From: Candidatus Ozemobacteraceae bacterium
GTDB lineage: Bacteria > Muiribacteriota > Ozemobacteria > Ozemobacterales > Ozemobacteraceae
DNA: 64,000 nucleotides
NCBI GenBank assembly: GCA_965140445.1
Contig: OZ223236.1
Location: 736,001-800,000 of the forward strand
Direction of reading: 5' to 3'
In this document: in pieces, positions 56,913 through 64,000 of the stretch
Position numbering within the stretch: position 1 is the stretch's first letter
How the letters are laid out: the number at the start of each line of letters is the position of its first letter
The notes under the pieces: model-generated
Databases searched by the model: none
What the model saw: only the letters and a program-made list of their open reading frames with translations
What the model was told of the DNA's origin: nothing
Translations under genes and position numbers: made by a program

Positions 56913-57899
56913 ATGAATTTGAAATTTAATAAAACTGCTTATGTATTTCTTCTAGCAGTATTATTCAGTTGGAACAACTATATGATTTTTGCTGACAATT
57001 TTCAGAAGTCGGTAAAAGTTGTAATGCTTTCCAGGTTGGATTTCGTTCCTTCCCTGTTAGATATGGTTAATTTAACTCTCTCTCAGAGATTAGAGGCCAG
57101 CCTTAGTTTTACTTTTTTTCCAATGATGCAGAAAACCATTTCTGAAAAATTTTTGAATACAGACTTGTTGCTTGTGGAGCGCGGTGCTCCAGCAGAATTT
57201 TTAGATGGGGCCTTTGAAAACACAGGACTTCAGCTACCCCTTGTCTGGGTGTTAGCACTTAGAGATAAGGCGATAGATTATGTTCGGCAATCAGATGAGA
57301 ATAGTCTGGAAAATCTTGGGAAGCATCTTCTGTCACTAAGAGAAAAAGACTCTATCAGATACCCCTGGTTTGAGCCTCTTTTATCCAGAAATACCTTTTT
57401 AAATTTCCATACTGTTCTGGGGCCATCGCCAAAGCATCCGTGGCCAAAATTAGATGATAAGCGCAAAGAAAGCTTTTGGGAAAAAGATGGGGTAGTTGGA
57501 ATTCTTCACCGAGCTATTGAACAGGGAGCTTTGAACCCTTTGTCTGTAGAAGCCGATGAAACATTGGCTTACAAGGTTTTTGAATCTGGTGACTCTCAAA
57601 TGACGACAATGTGGGTGCCTCAGGATTATCTTGCTTCCAGTAGTTTAATTATTAGCGGGATGAAAGATGTTGTTCTTATTCCGTTTCCCGGATGGAGAGG
57701 GAGAAATGTGGTTCCCAGGATAGTTTTTCAGCTTTGGAAAAAGAATGGTTTAAGTGTGCCCATTGCATCAGAAAGCCTTGTTCCACCTGAACCAGATACT
57801 GAAATTACGTTTTCTGACCGAAGTTACTCAGGTGACCTTGCCTGGATAAAGAATCAGTATATTGAACTTTATGATCGATTAATTATGGGAGAGTTTTAA
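56913..57899 (+). CDS. Hypothetical exported protein, first gene of the two-component operon
   Basis: Signal peptide; stop 1 bp before the kinase start. Confidence 0.55.
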   Translation: MNLKFNKTAYVFLLAVLFSWNNYMIFADNFQKSVKVVMLSRLDFVPSLLDMVNLTLSQRLEASLSFTFFPMMQKTISEKFLNTDLLLVERGAPAEFLDGAFENTGLQLPLVWVLALRDKAIDYVRQSDENSLENLGKHLLSLREKDSIRYPWFEPLLSRNTFLNFHTVLGPSPKHPWPKLDDKRKESFWEKDGVVGILHRAIEQGALNPLSVEADETLAYKVFESGDSQMTTMWVPQDYLASSSLIISGMKDVVLIPFPGWRGRNVVPRIVFQLWKKNGLSVPIASESLVPPEPDTEITFSDRSYSGDLAWIKNQYIELYDRLIMGEF

Positions 57900-57900
57900 A

Positions 57901-60006
57901 GTGTATGTTTCTCTAAGAATCAAAGTAATAACTCTGCTATTTGTTTTGTTAACCAGCCTGGCTTTGATAATGAACGAAAGATCTACCAACCTGATTTATG
58001 AAAAAACTCAGGAGATTTTTTCTCAGCGTCTTGAGCTTTTGAGAGAATCTATTGTCTCTTATTGGGAGTCTGACAAAAATCAGTTACTAAGTAATGCCAT
58101 GCTGTATGCAGAGTCAGAGAAGATTGTTAACTACTCAATTTATGGACTTTTAAACCTTCTGCAGCGTGAAATGGATAGCTTAATTTCTAAAACCGGATAT
58201 TACGGAATGGAAGTAAAGCTGCGTAGTGGACAAACGGTATCCAGTAGAAAAAAGCAAATTCAAGCTGGTGATGCTCTAGATTTGAATAAAACGGACTTAA
58301 ATCTTGCTCTTGTTGAGATTCAGCAGACAACAGAAGGAGTTTTCCTTTCTGCAGAGGTTCCGGTTAATAAATTAGGTGAGCTGGTTGGAAGGCTTTCTTT
58401 ACGCCGAAAGCTTGATGATACAAGGCTAAAAAAGATGGCCAGAAATCTTCAGGCTGAAATCACAATTGCAACCAGAGAAGGCGTTATGGCTTCTTCTTTG
58501 CCCGCAAGTATGAGAAGAGACCTTGTTCGGGAACATTACAAGAGTTTCGATCGTAAGGAAGATATTTTTAAAGTTCAGCTTGATGGGAAAACTTTTTCGA
58601 TCGGGCGCACGGTTTGGGGTAAAACTGTTGATGGGTCCCCTTTAATTGCATATGTAGCTGTTTCTCAAGAGAAAATGCTATCAATGGTTGAGCAGGCAAG
58701 AACGCAAAATATGACTCTTACTGCCTGGGTTCTTGTTATCTCTCTGCTATTCTCCTTTATTTTCTCAGATAGAGTTTTGATAGCTAAAATCCGGCAGATT
58801 AGAGATGGCGCAAATGTAATTGCCGAAGGTGAACTTACCCACCAGCTTCCAATTGTCTCTGGAGATGAATTGGGAGAGCTGGCAAGATCTTTTAATCGCA
58901 TGGCCCAAAAGTTAAAAAAGAACAGAGACAAGACCCAGCATTATATCGACAGAGTCGAGAAGCTTGCCAATTACATTCAGGATATTTTGAGGAGTCTTAG
59001 AACCTGTGTAATAACCTGGACAATTGATGGGAAGGTCGAGACCGCAAACGCTGCTTCAGAAACAGAGCTCGGAGAAATCTTCCCTAATTTGAAGGGGTTA
59101 TCAATTAGATCTTTTTTAAAAAAGGTGAATAAGAATTCAAGAGCTGATTTTATTGATGCACTAAGAAAACTTGATGAATCAAACAGGCAATTTGATTTGG
59201 AATTCGACTGGCCTGAGCATGGTGGTGCCAGAGTTTTTCAGGGAAGTTTTTCGTATCTGAAAGATAACGAGAAGCCTTATGGTTTTATTTTGTCCTTGAA
59301 TAACATTACGCAAAGAAAAATTATTGAGCAGCAGCTTTACCACGCGGATAAATTAAGTTCGATAGGGCAGCTGGCGGCCAGTGTAGCTCATGAGATAAAA
59401 AATCCCCTGGCTTCAATCAAAACCCTTGGTCAGCTTTTGCAGGAGGAGATTACTGAAGATGAGGATTGCCGCGAATACGTGGATGTAATAGTAAGCGAAG
59501 TTAATCGACTAAATGGAGTTGTCGAGCAGTTGCTGAAATATGCTAAGCCTGAAGGATCCAGTCTTAAAAACGTGCCATTTGCAGAGGTTATAACGCCGGT
59601 TTTATCATTGGTTAAGCATGAATCAGAGAGACATCAGGTGGTCTTAACTGCTGAATATTCACCAGAATTAAATGTCTACGTTGACTCAGAAAAGATTAAA
59701 CAGGTATTCTTAAACTTGGTCTTTAATGGAATTCAGGCAATGAAAAATGGTGGAAGCCTAACAATTAGAGCCTTTCAGGAATTTGATAGCCAATGGACTG
59801 CTTTCGAAATAGAAGATACCGGGGCGGGAATGCCCAAGGAAGTGGTTGATCGAATATTTGAGCCTTTCTTTACAACCAAGCAAAGAGGGACTGGGCTAGG
59901 GCTTGCTATCGTGAAAAAAATTATTGATCTTCATGGTGGAAAAATTGAGGTGTCGAGCATTACAGGAGAGGGCACTAAAATTTTAATCTATCTGCCACAA
60001 AAGTAA
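57901..60006 (+). CDS. Sensor histidine kinase (periplasmic domain, HAMP, PAS-like, HisKA, HATPase)
   Basis: DELGELARSFNRM, AHEIKNPL, NLVFNGIQA, FEPFFTTK, GTGLGL. Confidence 0.9.
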   Translation: MYVSLRIKVITLLFVLLTSLALIMNERSTNLIYEKTQEIFSQRLELLRESIVSYWESDKNQLLSNAMLYAESEKIVNYSIYGLLNLLQREMDSLISKTGYYGMEVKLRSGQTVSSRKKQIQAGDALDLNKTDLNLALVEIQQTTEGVFLSAEVPVNKLGELVGRLSLRRKLDDTRLKKMARNLQAEITIATREGVMASSLPASMRRDLVREHYKSFDRKEDIFKVQLDGKTFSIGRTVWGKTVDGSPLIAYVAVSQEKMLSMVEQARTQNMTLTAWVLVISLLFSFIFSDRVLIAKIRQIRDGANVIAEGELTHQLPIVSGDELGELARSFNRMAQKLKKNRDKTQHYIDRVEKLANYIQDILRSLRTCVITWTIDGKVETANAASETELGEIFPNLKGLSIRSFLKKVNKNSRADFIDALRKLDESNRQFDLEFDWPEHGGARVFQGSFSYLKDNEKPYGFILSLNNITQRKIIEQQLYHADKLSSIGQLAASVAHEIKNPLASIKTLGQLLQEEITEDEDCREYVDVIVSEVNRLNGVVEQLLKYAKPEGSSLKNVPFAEVITPVLSLVKHESERHQVVLTAEYSPELNVYVDSEKIKQVFLNLVFNGIQAMKNGGSLTIRAFQEFDSQWTAFEIEDTGAGMPKEVVDRIFEPFFTTKQRGTGLGLAIVKKIIDLHGGKIEVSSITGEGTKILIYLPQK

Positions 60007-60027
60007 GAAAATTTAAAGGAGCTTATC

Positions 60028-61422
60028 ATGCTTTTTAAAACACATAATATTCTGGTTGTTGATGATGAGAAGTCTATTCTTTTCAGTTTGAAAGCTGCTT
60101 TAAAAAAAGAAGGTTATCAGGTAAAGTCCGCAGAAAATCCTGAGGAAGCTTTAAAATTTATTGAGCCAGGGGCATTCCAGGTAATTATCTCTGATTACAA
60201 CATGCCGGGCATGAATGGCATGGACTTTCTTGCTCGTGTAAAAGAAATCGACCCGGAAATCGTATTTATTTTAATGACCGCTTATGGATCAGAAAAGCTT
60301 GCAATTGAAGCCATGAAAAATGGTGCATACGATTATTTTTCAAAGCCCTTCGATATAGAAGAGATGCGAGTAATTGTAGCAAAAGCCTGTGAGAGGTTTT
60401 CTCTTGCATACGAAAAGAAAAGTCTAGAGGAAAGATTCTTATCGGCCCCCGAGACAGATCGAATAATTGGCGCTTCAGCCCAGACTCAGCTTGTAAAAGA
60501 GAAGATCGAACAAGTTGCTAAGAGTGAAATAACTGTTCTAATTCAGGGTGAATCCGGGACCGGAAAGGAACTTGTGGCAGAAGCAATACAAAGAAAAAGT
60601 AATCGCGCCAGCGGTCCATTTGTAACTCTTAACTGCGCAGCTTTGCCAGAAAACCTTATTGAGAGTGAACTTTTTGGCTACGAAAAGGGTGCTTTTACTG
60701 GTGCCGCAGCCAGAAAACGTGGAAAATTTGAAATAGCCAATGGTGGAACCATTTTTCTGGACGAAATTGGCGATATGGCAATTAATACACAGGCTAAAGT
60801 ACTTAGGGTCCTTCAAGAACGAGAAGTTGAAAGACTTGGAGGAGTTAAGCCTATAAAAGTTGATGTTAGAATTATTGCCGCTACTCATAAAGATTTAAAA
60901 GAAGCTATTGAGCAAAAGCAGTTTCGAGAAGATTTGTTTTATAGAATTAATGTTGTGAATATTCAACTTGCTCCTTTAAGAGAAAGATCTGAAGATATTC
61001 CACTTATCGTTGAGCATTTTGTAAAAACAGCTTCACAGAGATCTGGAAAAGAAATTAAAGGTGTTTCTCCAAAGGCTATGACGGCATTGAAGAATTTTAA
61101 ATGGCCTGGAAACGTTAGACAGCTGCAAAACATTATCGAGGGCGCATCTGTTTTCACTAAAGCGGATATAATTGAGCTTGAAAACTTGCCAGAAGAAGTC
61201 AGAATTGGTTTTGAGCCCGAATCTTCTTCCGGGAATTTTGACTGGGTTGCTGACCAAATCAGAGATGGTAAAAATCTTGATGAAATGATGGCCTGGATAG
61301 AAAAAGAAATGATAGTCAGGATGCTGCGCGAAACAGAAGGTAACCAGTCAAAAGCAGCTCAACTGCTGGGAATAAAGCGCGGAACACTTCAATACAAAAT
61401 GAAAGCTTACAATCTTGGCTAA
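60028..61422 (+). CDS. Sigma54-dependent response regulator (NtrC/AtoC family)
   Basis: Receiver domain, GESGTGKE, ESELFGYEKGAFTGA, FLDEIG, WPGNVRQL, Fis-type HTH. Confidence 0.93.
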   Translation: MLFKTHNILVVDDEKSILFSLKAALKKEGYQVKSAENPEEALKFIEPGAFQVIISDYNMPGMNGMDFLARVKEIDPEIVFILMTAYGSEKLAIEAMKNGAYDYFSKPFDIEEMRVIVAKACERFSLAYEKKSLEERFLSAPETDRIIGASAQTQLVKEKIEQVAKSEITVLIQGESGTGKELVAEAIQRKSNRASGPFVTLNCAALPENLIESELFGYEKGAFTGAAARKRGKFEIANGGTIFLDEIGDMAINTQAKVLRVLQEREVERLGGVKPIKVDVRIIAATHKDLKEAIEQKQFREDLFYRINVVNIQLAPLRERSEDIPLIVEHFVKTASQRSGKEIKGVSPKAMTALKNFKWPGNVRQLQNIIEGASVFTKADIIELENLPEEVRIGFEPESSSGNFDWVADQIRDGKNLDEMMAWIEKEMIVRMLRETEGNQSKAAQLLGIKRGTLQYKMKAYNLG

Positions 61423-61455
61423 TCAATTGTTAGAAGAACTAATTTGTGGGGAATT

Positions 61456-63999
61456 TTAGTTGCCTGTCGGGAAGTAAATTACCCAGGTTTTAAAATCTCC
61501 TGTACTTGGAGTAGAGGAAAAGGTAACTTCCAGATCTCCGTAATTGCCTCGACTGTATTCAAATAGTCTGCAGCCATAGCCTTTTATGCCAAAATTTTTG
61601 TTATAAACAGGGTCTTCATAAAAAGCTTGCCCTTTCAGGCCGTTTATCTCTCCATTTTTGCCGCGGAGCTGGATATTTTTAAACTGGTGAGAATCTTTGT
61701 TATATCCTGGAAACCCATCTGCAAGACCAAGGTCATCTAAATAAAGGGCTTTGCAGAAATCATGGAAAAATTCTTTTATGGAAGCTGCACTTGGATTTGC
61801 GAAGCCAGCTTTAATAATATTGGTATCAATGTCGACTAATCCAATTGCGCCATTTTTCTTTTCAAGAACGCGTATTGCGTTATATCCACCGCATCTGTCA
61901 TACAAATATTGTGTAAACAGGTATGACATTCCATAGTTATAATTAGCTGGCGAAGTTGGCCAGTGGTTTAGTGAAACAAGCTCTGGATACTGGAAATATT
62001 CTTTAACCCAGGTTATCGCAGTAGAATTTTCCTGAAGAAATCCAAGACCGACAACCTGTCTGGCAAATGCAGATAATCCAGCATCTATCCATGTGCTTCC
62101 TTCAGTGCTCTTTTGATTGAAATACATCATGTTTTGTAGTGCTTGAATCATTGCAGCTCTAAATTCTTGCGGCTCAGATTTGAATCTTGCGCTATTAAGA
62201 TAGATAATTTCGGTTCCAAGCGAGTTGGGTTTTGTAGAGTCTTTATCCCTGGCATCAAAATATGCAATCACGGGTTGGCTGTATATGGTTTCTTCTAATG
62301 TTGAGGTTACGAAGAGGGCTATTCTGGGTTGTGCGTCGACATTTCCTTCTGGAGGAGTCGTTGTTCCATCCCAGCAGGCGGTTGCAATTGTTGCATAACC
62401 ATTGTCAAACCAATTTCCGATGGTTGTTGCATCTGCGGTTGTCAGCCCAGTGTTAACAACGTCAAAATAGACCAGCGCTTTTGTAGTTGTTGCCAAAAGA
62501 GTTCCGGTTGCTAAATTGTCGTTGGTGGAGTCGTATGGGTTTGATGATTTGAAATTTCTAACATAAAATTCAACCGTATTTGATGCGGGTTCTGTTAGAG
62601 AAGCTCTAATGTTTTTGTAAAGATTATTAGTAACCCGTGGAGGAGTGGGAGGAAGATTATTGGAAAACTGTCTGGTGTCAGGTGGTGGAAGTAGATTGCT
62701 CGCAGGAAGGTTGGGAACCTGCGCTAGATTTCCACCTAAAAATCCAGAAATATTGTAAGTAAAATCTCCTGGCAGATCCTGTGAAGCATCTCCTGAGAGG
62801 ACACTTAGAAAAACTATTCTGTCAGTTGGTTTCAAGGATGCTAAATGAAGTGTGTTGCCACGGGAAACAGTGGCAAAGTCATAAATTCCGTAATTGGTAA
62901 TTGTATTATTTATAGTATTGTATGCCGTATATTTTAGAGCGTTGCTTACCGAGTCATTAACCTGAACTTTAACTTCTCCCGTGGCGTCAGGTGCCAGAAC
63001 CGTTCCATCCGGAACAGTAAAACTTAGTTTTGTGTCTGAAAACGTTAATAAATCTGTTGGCAACAGAACCTTTCCGTTGAAAGAAACTTTTACAGCGTTT
63101 TTATCTGTTCCAAAGTTATAGCCATAAACTGTTAGTGGCACGCCAGGTATAGATCTCCTGGGGGTAAGGTAAACTATTTCAGGTTGAATGGTTAGAGTTA
63201 TATTTGAGGTTAATCCGTCCAACTGGTATTCATTACTTTCAATTCTAATAGACAATTTCCCTGTTCTTGCACTTTGTGGAATCTGAATTTGCATACTCTT
63301 ATCAGAAGCAACAGATAATACTGTGCACGCCACATCATTTAACTTAACCTTATTAAAATTGGAAATCAGGTTGAAGTTTCGTCCACCTAGGGTGATTTTT
63401 GCTCCGCCTTTTGCCACTGAAGGCGTTGCACTAAGAATAGTTGGTTTCCCAACGAATGTCAGTTGCTGGGTTTCATGTGAAGAAACTCCATCTATGATTA
63501 CTTTTACTGGTCCTGATTCAACTTCAGTAGGAACCTGGACTAATATTTTGTCATCCAGATTGCTATTCCAGTCCAATATGGTGGCTGTTTTACCATTGAA
63601 GGTAACTGTCCCTGGCGTGCCTCCGCATCCTTTGCAGTAAACTGCAACGAGATCTCCATCTGTTCCAACGTTTGGAACTAATGAAATTACTGCAAAGTCC
63701 GGAGAATAAATAACTGCTTCTGTGCTTAAAGTGAAGTTGGTATTTTCTGTTATAAGCCCTGGGTATACTCTTACGCTTTCTTTTACAGAGGGGGCATACC
63801 CTGATGCCCTGGTAATTACTCGGTAGTCTCCAGCTGGTATTGGGCCTAGAAGATATCTGCCGTCGGTGGCTGTAACAGCTTGGGTTTGGTAAGTTTCGAT
63901 TACAGCACCAGATATAACGCTTCCACCGGTCGCAATTACGGTTCCCTGAATTCTTCCGTAGTCCAGACTATTTGATGAATTAGCTGGTCCACTGGACAG
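61456..63999 (-). CDS. Surface protein: carboxypeptidase-regulatory-like domain, IPT/TIG repeats, degenerate M30-like peptidase domain; 5' end outside the window
   Basis: Frame stays open to the window edge (manual translation YGRIQGTV...DGRYLLGPIPAGDYRVITRASGY); IPT motifs ITLGGRNF and LTVYGYNFG; AMIQALQNMMYFNQK...WIDAGLS. Confidence 0.7.
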   Translation of the reverse strand: MSSGPANSSNSLDYGRIQGTVIATGGSVISGAVIETYQTQAVTATDGRYLLGPIPAGDYRVITRASGYAPSVKESVRVYPGLITENTNFTLSTEAVIYSPDFAVISLVPNVGTDGDLVAVYCKGCGGTPGTVTFNGKTATILDWNSNLDDKILVQVPTEVESGPVKVIIDGVSSHETQQLTFVGKPTILSATPSVAKGGAKITLGGRNFNLISNFNKVKLNDVACTVLSVASDKSMQIQIPQSARTGKLSIRIESNEYQLDGLTSNITLTIQPEIVYLTPRRSIPGVPLTVYGYNFGTDKNAVKVSFNGKVLLPTDLLTFSDTKLSFTVPDGTVLAPDATGEVKVQVNDSVSNALKYTAYNTINNTITNYGIYDFATVSRGNTLHLASLKPTDRIVFLSVLSGDASQDLPGDFTYNISGFLGGNLAQVPNLPASNLLPPPDTRQFSNNLPPTPPRVTNNLYKNIRASLTEPASNTVEFYVRNFKSSNPYDSTNDNLATGTLLATTTKALVYFDVVNTGLTTADATTIGNWFDNGYATIATACWDGTTTPPEGNVDAQPRIALFVTSTLEETIYSQPVIAYFDARDKDSTKPNSLGTEIIYLNSARFKSEPQEFRAAMIQALQNMMYFNQKSTEGSTWIDAGLSAFARQVVGLGFLQENSTAITWVKEYFQYPELVSLNHWPTSPANYNYGMSYLFTQYLYDRCGGYNAIRVLEKKNGAIGLVDIDTNIIKAGFANPSAASIKEFFHDFCKALYLDDLGLADGFPGYNKDSHQFKNIQLRGKNGEINGLKGQAFYEDPVYNKNFGIKGYGCRLFEYSRGNYGDLEVTFSSTPSTGDFKTWVIYFPTGN

Positions 64000-64000
64000 C

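Noticed and set aside
1..64000. Mobile elements, prophage, tRNA/rRNA, defence systems, stop-codon recoding
   Set aside because: No integrase, transposase, phage or cas genes and no cloverleaf or rRNA sequence recognised; conserved genes are intact under the standard code.

Overview
AT-rich bacterial chromosomal window from an anaerobic, diderm-like organism (the many TPR/HEAT/prepilin-like hypotheticals are reminiscent of candidate phyla such as Riflebacteria; this is inference only). No rRNA, tRNA, CRISPR array or mobile element was seen. In order: asnA (partial, missing from the ORF track) and asnC; a 13 kb Rex-controlled cluster with four [FeFe]-hydrogenase catalytic-type genes (bifurcating-type HydABC, a group B monomer, and two PAS-containing sensory HydS/HfsB proteins each followed by a SpoIIE-type phosphatase); asparaginase and trmB; a 770 bp gene-free gap holding two tandem units of sigma54 promoter, structured RNA and terminator (best candidate for an undescribed system); P5C dehydrogenase; a Cpx-like two-component system with a CpxP/Spy-like protein and a secreted EF-hand protein; aspS, a spermidine-synthase-like membrane fusion and hrpB; three paralogous secreted zinc-peptidase-like proteins (one catalytically degenerate) beside a minor-pilin triplet; an orphan minimal flagellin; a lipoprotein-TPR/TerB-YbjN-TPR-HEAT-STAS run; fba; a second minor-pilin triplet coupled to a GAF adenylate cyclase; a polysaccharide deacetylase; a sigma54-activating two-component system; and a partial IPT/TIG surface protein with a degenerate peptidase domain. 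All calls come from motif recognition by eye; no searches were run.
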